From positions 11,790 through 75,789 of the forward strand of contig JAHBSZ010000008.1 of NCBI GenBank assembly GCA_019638845.1: a stretch of DNA of 64,000 bases, written 5' to 3'. The position numbers and the translations under genes were made by a program. How positions within the stretch are numbered: the stretch's first letter is position 1; each line of letters starts with the position of its first letter. The DNA is from Salinibacterium sp. Lineage in GTDB: Bacteria > Actinomycetota > Actinomycetes > Actinomycetales > Microbacteriaceae. Under the pieces are notes generated by a model that did not search any database, was not told the DNA's origin, and saw nothing but the letters and a program-made list of their open reading frames with translations. Below are positions 49,990 through 59,700 of this stretch, one piece after another.

Positions 49990-51860
49990 GCGTCGACCAG
50001 CGCACCGTGGCGATGCCCTCGGCGGACCCGATGGGCGATGCCCTGTCTCGGCTTCTTGGTGCCGTCCTTCTTCTGATCGTCGCCCTATCAATCGCGCCAC
50101 TGATCATCCCGATCGCGGCCAACCGGCTAGTCCCGGACATCGTCGCCACCAAGACCGGCTTCTGGATGGTCCACCGCCTGCAGTGGGTGGCCAACACGAT
50201 CGGCATCCTCCTCGTCGTCGCCCTCCTCGCCATCGAGACCGTGCTAGTTACCGGCTGGGTCCAGTCGGGGCAGGCGGCCGCGTTCGTCGACGGCGACTGG
50301 GTCGGACAGTTCCTGCCGACCTTCGGCGGCTGGCTGCTCACCAACTTCCTCTCCGGGATCCTGCTGCTGCCGACGTTGTGGTCGCACAAGCGGCGCACGA
50401 TCGCTGAACGCGTGCGCACGCGCCGGATCACGAACGTGCTCGTGCAAGAGCGCATCGAGTCCGCCCGCAAGCGCGCCGCCGACGCGGCCGCCGCGAAGCG
50501 CATCGGCGTGAAGCTCGACATCACCACGGGTCGGATCGCCGGCACTACCGCCGACGTCCTCACCGCACCCCACACCGTGGCGGGGCGTCACGGGTTCGGG
50601 TTCACGAACCTCGCCACCGTGCGGCTGCTCGCTGATCGGTTCCACGACACCCGCACCGTGCGGGACTGGGTCGACTCCTCCGGCCAATTCCTGGTGCTGC
50701 CCGAGACCTCGTCGGCGGCGCGGGTGCTGATCGTCGCTGAGTCCGGCTCCGGCAAGACCGTCCTCATCAACGACCTCGTCCTTTGCGCTCTCGAATCCGG
50801 CTGGCCCGTTTTCGTCCTAGATGCGAAGGGCGACCCGGCCGACGCCGAGCACCTCACCGCCCTGGCCCGCACCCACGGGCACACCGCCGCCATTGCCGAC
50901 GGGTGGGACCTGTTCAATGGGACCGCCGAGCAGGTCACCGCCAAGCTCATGCGCCTCATGCCCCCGGCCGACGGCGCGAACCAGCACTACCTCGACGAGA
51001 TCCGCGGATGCCTTCAGGCCATCCAAGCCCTCGAACCCCTGCGGTCCGTGGGCGACCTGCGCGAGCGGCTGACGAACCCGAACCCGCACGTGCGGGACCA
51101 GTTCGACCTGATGATCGTCAACACCACCATCGACCGCAACGGCACCACCGCCGGAGCGCGCGCCCTGCACTCACTGCTCGTCGCCTTGCGCCCGCTCGAG
51201 CGCTACATCGACGAGCACGGCTGGTCCTACGCCAACGCACCCGCCGACGTCACCGTCGTGCCCCTCTCGCCGGTCGACGACGCGCAGGCCAAGCTCGGCG
51301 ACTTACTCATGCTCGACCTGCGCAATTACCTCGCCGCACGACTTCTCGCCCGCGACAAGTCGCCGGTCGTCGTCATCGTCGACGAGTTCCCCCAACTTGT
51401 CACCGCAGGCCAAGATCCTGGCGACACCGCAGGGTCGCTGTTCGAGACCGCCCGCTCCGCCGGTGTCGGACTCGTCCTCGCCACCCAGAGCCCGGCGGGC
51501 TTGTCGAACGACGAGACCCGCAGGCGCCGTGCACTGACCTCGGGTGCCGCGCTGATCTTCGGCCGGTCGAAGGATCCCGAGGATGTCGTCAAGTACGCAG
51601 GCACCGTGCTGCGGATGGAAGCATCCACCCAATCGGGCGGGGAGGCGCAGGGCACGGCCAGAGCGCAGCACACGTTCGTGATCCCGCCGCAGGATGTTCG
51701 CGAGGCCGCGGACGGTGCATTCTGGATGGTGCAGGCCGGCGCGATCGCCGCCTTCCGGGCCCTGCCGCACCAGACCGTCACGGTCACCCCCGCACCGCCC
51801 CTCGAAGAATTCGTCCCGGATCGGTTCGACGCGCTCGAGTCGACGGAGGTGACCCCGTGA
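49986..51860 (+). CDS. Type IV coupling protein (VirD4/TraD-like)
   Basis: N-terminal TM helices, Walker A AESGSGKT, Walker B VVIVDEF, LATQS. Confidence 0.85.
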   Translation: MSVDQRTVAMPSADPMGDALSRLLGAVLLLIVALSIAPLIIPIAANRLVPDIVATKTGFWMVHRLQWVANTIGILLVVALLAIETVLVTGWVQSGQAAAFVDGDWVGQFLPTFGGWLLTNFLSGILLLPTLWSHKRRTIAERVRTRRITNVLVQERIESARKRAADAAAAKRIGVKLDITTGRIAGTTADVLTAPHTVAGRHGFGFTNLATVRLLADRFHDTRTVRDWVDSSGQFLVLPETSSAARVLIVAESGSGKTVLINDLVLCALESGWPVFVLDAKGDPADAEHLTALARTHGHTAAIADGWDLFNGTAEQVTAKLMRLMPPADGANQHYLDEIRGCLQAIQALEPLRSVGDLRERLTNPNPHVRDQFDLMIVNTTIDRNGTTAGARALHSLLVALRPLERYIDEHGWSYANAPADVTVVPLSPVDDAQAKLGDLLMLDLRNYLAARLLARDKSPVVVIVDEFPQLVTAGQDPGDTAGSLFETARSAGVGLVLATQSPAGLSNDETRRRRALTSGAALIFGRSKDPEDVVKYAGTVLRMEASTQSGGEAQGTARAQHTFVIPPQDVREAADGAFWMVQAGAIAAFRALPHQTVTVTPAPPLEEFVPDRFDALESTEVTP

Positions 51861-51862
51861 CC

Positions 51863-52750
51863 TCAGCGCAGGCGGTCGGCATCCTTGATCGACGTCACCA
51901 AGGACACGTAGTGCTGCTGGGCGAGCCGGTGGCAGCCGGCACTGAACGGCGAGGTGATCGGACCCGGCACGACGCCGACCGGACGGTCCATCGCGTGCGC
52001 GGCCTCCGCCGTGCGCAGGGCACCGGAGGACAGGCCGGCCTCGACGACGATCGTCTTCACCGTCAGGGCGGCGAGCAGGTACTTCGCCCGACGCTGCGCA
52101 CGGACGGTCAGCTGACCGCCGGGCGGCAGCTCGGAGACGGCGACACCCTTCGTGACACGGTTGCGGGGCTTGTCGAGCGACGCAGCGGCGACGGTGATGC
52201 CGCGACCGCGCATCGCGTCGGCCCCGCGCAGGGCGAGCTGATCGATGCCCGATCCGGCGCCGGCGGCGATGACCCAGCCGCGCTGCGCCAGCCCCGTCGA
52301 CAGTTCGATGCCCATATGGATCCCGTACCCGGTGGGGCTCGCCGTGCCGGTAAGCGCGACCGATGGGTTGAGCAGGATGCCGGGGTCGCCGTCCACCCAC
52401 AGGACGGTGGGGGCGATGCCGCGCAGGGACTCGAGCTGTGTGGGCCACAGCTCGCACTCCGGGGTCAGGATCCCGAAGCCGTGCGCCGCGGTGCCCTCGA
52501 GCACCCGCGCCACCCGGCTCCCGATGGCGAACGCGCGAATGCGCTGCCGCACCAGGTTCGACAGCGCCAGCGCCTGGTCGTTGCCGGCGTGGACCGCCGC
52601 GACGAACTGGGCCGCACCACCCAGTGCGTGGATGCCGACGTGCACGGAGGGTTCCCCGCTGACCCCGGCGCACGCCAGGGCCACTCGCGCGGCAGTGTCG
52701 TCGTCCACCCGAGTCGAGGTGGTCGCGATGGTTGGAAGTGAACTGGTCAT
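51863..52750 (-). CDS. dprA: DprA/Smf-like ssDNA-binding protein
   Basis: PTVLWVDGD, GID, VVEAGLSSGALRTA and VPGPITSPFSAGCHRL motifs; no C-terminal wHTH. Confidence 0.82.
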   Translation of the reverse strand: MTSSLPTIATTSTRVDDDTAARVALACAGVSGEPSVHVGIHALGGAAQFVAAVHAGNDQALALSNLVRQRIRAFAIGSRVARVLEGTAAHGFGILTPECELWPTQLESLRGIAPTVLWVDGDPGILLNPSVALTGTASPTGYGIHMGIELSTGLAQRGWVIAAGAGSGIDQLALRGADAMRGRGITVAAASLDKPRNRVTKGVAVSELPPGGQLTVRAQRRAKYLLAALTVKTIVVEAGLSSGALRTAEAAHAMDRPVGVVPGPITSPFSAGCHRLAQQHYVSLVTSIKDADRLR

Positions 52751-52776
52751 GGTCGTGCAGTCCTCTCAGAGCGATC

Positions 52777-52919
52777 GTTTTGTTTGCCTTCCGGCAGAGA
52801 GATCGAGTGCGAGAGGACGAGGCGTAGTGCGCAGAATTTCGGGCGAAATAAGCCCGCAGGGCGCGTCAGAGAATCTGCGAACGCAGCAGAGGACAGAGCT
52901 ACGATCGGCAGCCGGAAAG
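52777..52919 (-). promoter_or_regulatory. Structured upstream element copy A (ssDNA-promoter-like)
   Basis: CTTTCCGGC...GATCTCTCTGCCGGAAGGCAAACAAAAC upstream of dprA; homologous to copies B and C. Confidence 0.6.
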
Positions 52920-53089
52920 TTCAAACAAACATCCAGAAACACCGCCGCGCAGCGGCGTCCCACATGGCGCCGACCTGTCGGCGCTCACCACGCGCAGCGC
53001 CTACCGCTGACTTCTCTTCCGCGACCCGCACCCGACAGCCGCACCTTCCCCACGGACCAGGACGCACTCAACGGAAAGGAATCGCGCCC

Positions 53090-54214
53090 ATGACAACCAG
53101 CACCCCCACCAAGCAAGAACCCCGCGCCTTCGCCGGCGCAGCCCGCGCCGCCTCCTACATCGAGGCCAACGACGCCCCGGCAGTCACGGAGACCACTCCG
53201 TCGGCTCCGCCCGCCGTCACCGCGATCGAACCCGAGCCGATCCTCGAGACCGACCCCGTTATGGAGTTCAAGCAGGAGGAGGACATCGACCTCGGTGCCC
53301 TCTCCGTCGCCGCCCCACCCCGCACCGCCCAGAGGGGCCTGCGGGGGCTGCTCGGGAAGGTCGGCGTGAAGGTCGCGCCCGGCGCTGCTGAGACCGCGGA
53401 GCTTCAGACCGCGCAGGAGCTGGCGCGGTTCGAGGAGACCGTGCGACAGGCGACCTGGATCCGCGCGGTGTCGGTGCTCGTCGCGAACCCGAAGGGCGGG
53501 GTGGGCAAGACCCCGACATCCTTGATGCTCGGCGGGACGCTCGCCGCGATCCGCGGCGGGTCCGTCGCCATCATCGAAGTCTCCGACGACCCCGGCGCCC
53601 TCACCTTCCGCAGCGAAGGCTCACCCAACCGAGGCCTCGGCGAGCTCGTCGCCGACGCCGAGACGATCTCGTCGGCCGGGCAACTCGCCGGCTACACCGC
53701 CCCGCAGTCGTCGTTCGCGGCCGTCATCGGCTCTGTCGGATGGCGACCGCGCCTCGACGACACCGCCGTCCGCAACGTGGCCAAGGTGGTCGACGACTAC
53801 TTCGGCATCCGCGTCATGGACTCTGGCAACCAGCCCTCGTCGCCAGCGTTCGGCGCCGCAGTGATGACCGCGGACGTGCTCGTCGTGCCGATCTTCGACG
53901 CCGGCGATGCCGCCCTCGAGGCAGCGCAGCTGCTCGAGGGACTGAAGGCGGCAGGCGGGCACGCCGCGGAGCTCGCGGCGAACGCCATCGTGCTGCGACT
54001 GCACGACGGACGCCCCGAGCACCCGCAGGTCGTCGCCCGCGTCGACCGCATCCTCACCTCCCACGGAATCAGCCACCAGCACACCATCCCATTCGACGCT
54101 CACATCGCCGAGCGCGGCCAACTCACCTTGGCCAAGCTGCACCCCGCCGCCCGGCACGCCCTCACCGGCGCTGCCGCCGACGTGGTCCGCACCCTCCAGA
54201 ACACCGCACGCTGA
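53090..54214 (+). CDS. MinD/ParA-like ATPase heading the T4SS operon
   Basis: NPKGGVGKT and VMDSGN motifs; Pro/Thr-rich N-terminus. Confidence 0.8.
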   Translation: MTTSTPTKQEPRAFAGAARAASYIEANDAPAVTETTPSAPPAVTAIEPEPILETDPVMEFKQEEDIDLGALSVAAPPRTAQRGLRGLLGKVGVKVAPGAAETAELQTAQELARFEETVRQATWIRAVSVLVANPKGGVGKTPTSLMLGGTLAAIRGGSVAIIEVSDDPGALTFRSEGSPNRGLGELVADAETISSAGQLAGYTAPQSSFAAVIGSVGWRPRLDDTAVRNVAKVVDDYFGIRVMDSGNQPSSPAFGAAVMTADVLVVPIFDAGDAALEAAQLLEGLKAAGGHAAELAANAIVLRLHDGRPEHPQVVARVDRILTSHGISHQHTIPFDAHIAERGQLTLAKLHPAARHALTGAAADVVRTLQNTAR

Positions 54215-54234
54215 ACCGAAAGGACTAAGCAACC

Positions 54235-54552
54235 ATGAGCGTCATCGGTACCCTCGCGATCCTCCCCATGATCGACAACCCCCTCGACGGGATCCTGCCC
54301 GACTTCAACATCTTCGGAGTCGAGTTCACCCAGCTCTGGCAGAAACTCGTCGCCGGCCTCTGGGCCGTCGCGATCATCCTCGCCGTCATCTTCCTCATCA
54401 TCGGCGTCACCAACATGGCCACCGCCTCCTCCGGAGGCAGCCCCATGGCCTACAAGGACGCCCGCACCCAAGCGATGTGGGGCGGCATCTCCCTCGGGCT
54501 GCTGGCAGCCCTTGGCGTCATCGTGGGCGCAATCCTCGCCCTCTTCGGATAG
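54235..54552 (+). CDS. VirB2/pilin-like small membrane protein
   Basis: 105 aa with two hydrophobic helices, first membrane gene of the conjugation cluster. Confidence 0.55.
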   Translation: MSVIGTLAILPMIDNPLDGILPDFNIFGVEFTQLWQKLVAGLWAVAIILAVIFLIIGVTNMATASSGGSPMAYKDARTQAMWGGISLGLLAALGVIVGAILALFG

Positions 54553-54555
54553 GGA

Positions 54556-55236
54556 TTGAAGATGCGAGCACAAGCAACGCGCCCCCGGCGCACCTGGCCC
54601 TGGATCCTCCTGGCCGTCATCGTCCTCTCGGCGATCATTGCCGTGCTGACCGTGACCGTCTGGAATACGGGCGGCACCACACCGACCGCAGGACCCACCG
54701 AGACCACGAGCTCGACGCCCGCACCGGACGCCGAACCCACCGGATGCCTCGGCGGCGACCAGCGCGACGCGACGATGGTGCTCGCAGCCCAAGCCTCAGC
54801 TCCGCACACCTCGAATGGCGCGATCGAGGTCGCGACAGCCTTCGTGCGCTGGCTCAACCAGTACCCCTACCCGAGCGCGGACGACATCGCCGCGATTGCG
54901 AACGGGGCCATCGCATCCACGGCGCCCACCAAGGACGTCGCTGGATTCTTCGCTGGTAACCCGAACCTCTCAGGTGGACTGGTGCCTGACGGCACCGACT
55001 ACTACCTATCCACACTTCCAGGCGTCTACTACCTCGAGGCCACCGCGGCCGACGAGGTCACCGCCTCAATCGGCACCGCCCTCGTCATCGACGGCGAACT
55101 GAGCTCGACCCTCAAAGGCTCGATCACAGTCACCGTCATCTGGGAGGACAACGGCTGGAAGTTCGTGAGTTCCGAAGGAACTCGGTCGACCGAAGAGCTC
55201 TACTCGATCGGACGGCCATACACAGGAGGCTGCTAA
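54556..55236 (+). CDS. Single-TM conjugation protein (VirB8/TcpC-like position)
   Basis: N-terminal TM, Thr/Pro linker, C-terminal WEDNGWK; assigned by position only. Confidence 0.5.
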   Translation: MKMRAQATRPRRTWPWILLAVIVLSAIIAVLTVTVWNTGGTTPTAGPTETTSSTPAPDAEPTGCLGGDQRDATMVLAAQASAPHTSNGAIEVATAFVRWLNQYPYPSADDIAAIANGAIASTAPTKDVAGFFAGNPNLSGGLVPDGTDYYLSTLPGVYYLEATAADEVTASIGTALVIDGELSSTLKGSITVTVIWEDNGWKFVSSEGTRSTEELYSIGRPYTGGC

Positions 55237-56594
55237 TGGCCCACTTCGAAGACGGCGATGACGGCGGAGGAATCGGCTCGATCATCGGCGGGCTCGGCGA
55301 CGTCGTCAACGGTTTTACCGGTGCCGTGTCCTACTGGTCCGACCCGTGGGGCAACACCTTCAAAGCGCTGCAGGATGCCGCGAAGGGTCTGAGTAAAGAC
55401 GTGCTCCCGGCCCTCACCGACGCGACCCTGCCGGATCTGTCGACCGACTGGTTCCTGCGCGCATACGCGATCTCGTTCGCCGCGGCGATCTTCGTCGCCG
55501 TGGCGCTGCTCATCCCGCAGATCCTGCGCACCGCCCGCGGTGCGCAGGCCGGCCGCGACCTGGTCGACTCTGTCGGCCTCTACTTCGGGCTCTTCCTGCT
55601 CGGTGCCATGTTCGGGCCCGCGATTGGGATGCTGCTGGTCAACTTCTTCCACGCCCTCTCCAACGACATCGTCGAATGGGGACTGCGCGGCACCGTCACC
55701 GGTGTCATCGGCGACTTTCAGACGATGATCGCCGAGGCCGATCCCGTCGGCATCACCGGCGGACTTCCGATCGCAGTCCTGCTGATGCTGTGCATGCTCA
55801 TCGGTCTATTGCTGGTGTTCGCAATGCTGGTCGTGCAGCTGGTCACTCTCTACTTCACCGGGGTGCTGCTGCCGCTCGGCCTAGTGTGGATCATCGACCC
55901 GAACAAGCGCGGCTTCGGCACGAAGATCGTCTCCGTCTGGATCGGCATCCTCGCCGCCCACCCTCTGCTGTTCTTCCTGCTCGGGTTCTCGTTCATCATG
56001 ATGGCCAACTCCGTCTCCACCTTCGGCAACAACGCCAGCCTCCACTCCCTCGTGCAACTATCGGTCGCGGTAATCGCGCTGTTCCTGGCAGCGTGCTCAC
56101 CATTGCTGCTGATGAAGCTCGCCCCGGTGATCCCCACCGGGTTCGGCGGATCCAGCGGACCAGCAGTGGCCGCGGGATCGATCGGGCCGAGCAACATGAG
56201 CGAGGCCACCGCCCTTGTCGACCGCTCCGGCGGCAGCAAGTCCGGAAGCCGCGGCGCCAGCGGGTCCAGTTTGAGCACTCCGACGACGGCCGCTTCCGAG
56301 GGAGACTCGGTCACCCTCGCCGGGGCATCCGCCGCACGCGCCGGTACCAGCGCAGCCTCAGCCGGTGCGGCGACAGCGGGCGCCGCCGAAGGTACCGCGG
56401 CCGCCGCAGGCGGGACCCTGGCCGCGGCGGGAGCCGCTGAGACCGCGACTGGTGCGGGTGCCGCTATCGGCATCCCGACCCTGATTGCCGCAGCAGGCGT
56501 GATGGCGGCCTCGAAGGGTGTGCAGATGACCGAGGCCGCGGGCCACCAAGCGACCGCCGCGTTGGACGACACGATCGGAGCAGACCGACCATGA
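55236..56594 (+). CDS. VirB6/TrbL-like T4SS membrane protein
   Basis: Multi-TM core plus Ala/Gly/Ser-rich tail ending AAAG. Confidence 0.75.
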   Translation: MAHFEDGDDGGGIGSIIGGLGDVVNGFTGAVSYWSDPWGNTFKALQDAAKGLSKDVLPALTDATLPDLSTDWFLRAYAISFAAAIFVAVALLIPQILRTARGAQAGRDLVDSVGLYFGLFLLGAMFGPAIGMLLVNFFHALSNDIVEWGLRGTVTGVIGDFQTMIAEADPVGITGGLPIAVLLMLCMLIGLLLVFAMLVVQLVTLYFTGVLLPLGLVWIIDPNKRGFGTKIVSVWIGILAAHPLLFFLLGFSFIMMANSVSTFGNNASLHSLVQLSVAVIALFLAACSPLLLMKLAPVIPTGFGGSSGPAVAAGSIGPSNMSEATALVDRSGGSKSGSRGASGSSLSTPTTAASEGDSVTLAGASAARAGTSAASAGAATAGAAEGTAAAAGGTLAAAGAAETATGAGAAIGIPTLIAAAGVMAASKGVQMTEAAGHQATAALDDTIGADRP

Positions 56595-58258
56595 CCGAGA
56601 CGCAGACCCGCGCCACCGTCCGCTACCTGGGCGGCGAGACCGGGCACCGCTCGTTCTTCGGCGGCACCCACTCGAAGGCCCGCATCGCGCTGCTCGCGGT
56701 CTTCATCCTCGCCGGCCTGATCCTCACGCCGATCATCGGTTGGCCGGGACTTGCGATCGCCGCCGCCGGTGCAGGCGTCACCCTGATGGTGACGGCCCGC
56801 ACGCACCGCGGCACGGTCATGGAGCGCTCCACTCGCCGCTCGCGGTGGAAGGAGCGCGTGACCACAGGGGTCGACGCATTTGTCCCCTACGACATCGCCT
56901 CCTGGGATCAGGCCGAGCAGGCACTGCGTGACGCGCACATGCTGCGCGGCCGCGCGAAGAAGGACGCAATCTGGGAAGCGCAGCGAGTGTTGACCGCGAT
57001 GCGCGCCAACCCCGATGGTGCCGACGGCATGGGATGGCTGCAGCACGGCCGTCGCGAACCGGGTATCGCTTGGCACGCCCCGACCGGCGAGACCCAGTAC
57101 TTGTCGGCGACGTTCGTTGTCACGGGGCAGCTGCGCGGCATTGAATCCACCTCGGTCATGACCCGAGCCGCCGAAGGGTGGGGCACGTTCCTCGCCTCAA
57201 GAGCTGCTGCGTCGAACCTTGTCGGCCAAGTGCAGACGATGACCCGGGTGCTGCCCGCGGACACGGCGATGCAGGAGTTCTGGGTCGCCGGGTCCCTCGA
57301 CGAGGACGTGCCCGTCGAGGCGGTGACGTCCTATGAGGAGGTGCTACGGCTAACGGGCGAGGACGCGATGGTGCAGCGCCACTTCATCACCATCAGCTGG
57401 CCCATCACTGGGGCCTTCCGCGACACCGCCGCCAAATACGGCCACGCACGTGATGGGTGGCGTGGGCTCATGGTGCAGGAGATCGCCTCCACACAGCGCG
57501 GCCTCGAGGACGCGCGTCTCGGCACCGTCGAAATCCTCACCGCACGCCAGACGGTCGCGGTGGTGCTGCATCAGCAGAACCCGTCGCGGCCGATCGACTT
57601 CGTCGCCGACGTCGACCCCGCCCGGGCCGGCATCGCGTCGCATGACGAGTTCTCCGCCCACGTCGTCCAGGGCATCGACCCGATCACTGGGGGAGAGGTT
57701 GAGTGGTGGCATCGGACGGCGGCGATCCGCGCCGACGCGATGGCCACCGCACCCCGCACCCAGCTGTGGCTGCTGGATCTGCTGATCGGGCGGGACTTGG
57801 GCTTCATCCGCTCGGTGTCCTTCCATATCCACCTCATCCCCGCCGCGGACGCCAAGGCCGCAGCCCGGCAGGATCTGGTGCGCGATCAGGCCGAGGCGAT
57901 CTCGCGATCCGAGGCGGGCAAGTTCGACACGGACGACACCGAGGTGGCCATGACCGCCGCCCAACGTCGCCGCACCGACCTGACCGCCGGTTCCCACCAC
58001 CACGGTGCTGAGTGGATCGGCTACATCACCATCTCGACGACATCGCGGGACGAGCTCGCGAGGTCGTCGCGGCAGCTCGAGGAGACCTGCGCGGGATCTG
58101 CGGGCATCGACCACCTTGACTGGCAGGACTCGTTCCAGTCCGCCGCATCCGGCACCACTTGGCCCATCGGCCGCGGCCTCACCACGGGCGGCCGCACCCT
58201 GTCGTCCCGACTGCTCACAAGGCTCGCGGGCCGCACCGAGAAGGAGTCCCTGTCATGA
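56591..58258 (+). CDS. PrgI/SCO6880-like conjugation membrane protein
   Basis: Two N-terminal TM helices; GHHG/AEWIGY-like and Q.AA...T.P.GRG segments; upstream of VirB4. Confidence 0.65.
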   Translation: MTETQTRATVRYLGGETGHRSFFGGTHSKARIALLAVFILAGLILTPIIGWPGLAIAAAGAGVTLMVTARTHRGTVMERSTRRSRWKERVTTGVDAFVPYDIASWDQAEQALRDAHMLRGRAKKDAIWEAQRVLTAMRANPDGADGMGWLQHGRREPGIAWHAPTGETQYLSATFVVTGQLRGIESTSVMTRAAEGWGTFLASRAAASNLVGQVQTMTRVLPADTAMQEFWVAGSLDEDVPVEAVTSYEEVLRLTGEDAMVQRHFITISWPITGAFRDTAAKYGHARDGWRGLMVQEIASTQRGLEDARLGTVEILTARQTVAVVLHQQNPSRPIDFVADVDPARAGIASHDEFSAHVVQGIDPITGGEVEWWHRTAAIRADAMATAPRTQLWLLDLLIGRDLGFIRSVSFHIHLIPAADAKAAARQDLVRDQAEAISRSEAGKFDTDDTEVAMTAAQRRRTDLTAGSHHHGAEWIGYITISTTSRDELARSSRQLEETCAGSAGIDHLDWQDSFQSAASGTTWPIGRGLTTGGRTLSSRLLTRLAGRTEKESLS

Positions 58259-59700
58259 CCACTACCCAGCCCTTCCGCTCCAAGCTCTGGGACGCCCCCG
58301 TCCTGCGCGCCTTCGCACCGCCCGCCGAGCCCATGCTCGACGGCGACGAGACCCCGTTCGAAATCACCCCGTGGGGACGCCCAGGAACCCGCCTACGCAG
58401 CAAGCCGGGCGCTGCCCGTCGCGGCCGCTACGCGCCAGCGCTGGCCGGGGCACCCTCGACGACCCGGCAGGCCGAGATCCTCAACACCGCCCTCATCGGA
58501 CCGCCCACCGGCACCAAGGGTGTCGTGACCGGTCGCGACGTCCTGTCGCGGACGTCCATCGCCCACGACCCGATCACCGCCTACAACTCCACCCCGCGCG
58601 AGGTGTCCTCGCCAAACGTGATCATCATGGGCGACGTCGGCGCCGGCAAATCCACCCACACCAAGGCCAACCACGTCCTGCGCCCCCTGCTGCTCAAGAA
58701 CCGCCGGTGCGTGGTCTTCGACAAGAAGGACCAAGCCGGCGAAGGCGAGTACTCCCAGGTCGTGCGCCGCTACGGGTACGAGCCCATCAAGTTCACCCCC
58801 GACGGCACCGGCACCACGTTGAACCTGCTCGACCCGACCATCCTCAAGGGCACCGGCCTGCAGGGGCAGGCGCGCTTGCTGAACATCGTCACCCGCCTCG
58901 CCCGAGGCGACCAGCAGCTCGACTCCTGGGAAGAGGAAGCCCTGCGCGCGGCGCTGAAGATGACCGTCGAGCAGATGAAAGATGGGCGAGCCCCGGTGCT
59001 GGCGGATGCGCTGCCGAACCTCGGCCGGGTCGCCGATGACGGCGACTACGGAACTCTGTCAGTCTCCGCTCGCGACGACCTCCACAAGGCCGGCCTCTCC
59101 CTGCGGTGGACCCTCAACGGGCTCCTCGACGAATACGCGGGGCTCCTGGACGGCGAGACGTCGAAGTCGGTCGACCTCTCGGGCAAGCTCACCTCCTTCG
59201 ACATCTCACAACTCCCTGACGACGGACCCGCGGTCCCGGTCGTGATGGCGATCGGCAACATGTGGATGCTCGGCCGACTCAGGAGCGAGCGCGGCTGGGC
59301 GACCACCGTCGTCTACGAAGAGGGATGGCACATGATCGGCGGCCCCTCCGCCTCCCTGATCAAGGCCAACCAGAAGCTCTCCCGAGGCCTCGGCATCTCG
59401 AACGTGTTCGTGATGCACAAGGGCTCCGACATCCCCGCCGACTCACCCGGAATGGCCATCATCCAAGAAGCCCAGACCGTGTGCATCTACCGCCAGTCCC
59501 GGCCCGAAGACGCGGCCTGGTGCCAGCAGACCTTCGGCCTCGCCCCCGAAACCGCCGACACCATCGAACGGCTGCGTGACGGGCACTACATCTTCAAGTA
59601 CGGATCCCACCCCGAAACCCACGTGCAGCACATCCTCTCCCGGTGGGAAGCGCAGGTGACCAACACCGACGAAGCCCTAGCCGCCGCAGGACGCGTCTAG
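58255..59700 (+). CDS. VirB4-like conjugative ATPase
   Basis: Walker A GDVGAGKS, VFDKK, Walker B VYEEGWH, QKLSRGLG. Confidence 0.82.
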   Translation: MTTTQPFRSKLWDAPVLRAFAPPAEPMLDGDETPFEITPWGRPGTRLRSKPGAARRGRYAPALAGAPSTTRQAEILNTALIGPPTGTKGVVTGRDVLSRTSIAHDPITAYNSTPREVSSPNVIIMGDVGAGKSTHTKANHVLRPLLLKNRRCVVFDKKDQAGEGEYSQVVRRYGYEPIKFTPDGTGTTLNLLDPTILKGTGLQGQARLLNIVTRLARGDQQLDSWEEEALRAALKMTVEQMKDGRAPVLADALPNLGRVADDGDYGTLSVSARDDLHKAGLSLRWTLNGLLDEYAGLLDGETSKSVDLSGKLTSFDISQLPDDGPAVPVVMAIGNMWMLGRLRSERGWATTVVYEEGWHMIGGPSASLIKANQKLSRGLGISNVFVMHKGSDIPADSPGMAIIQEAQTVCIYRQSRPEDAAWCQQTFGLAPETADTIERLRDGHYIFKYGSHPETHVQHILSRWEAQVTNTDEALAAAGRV

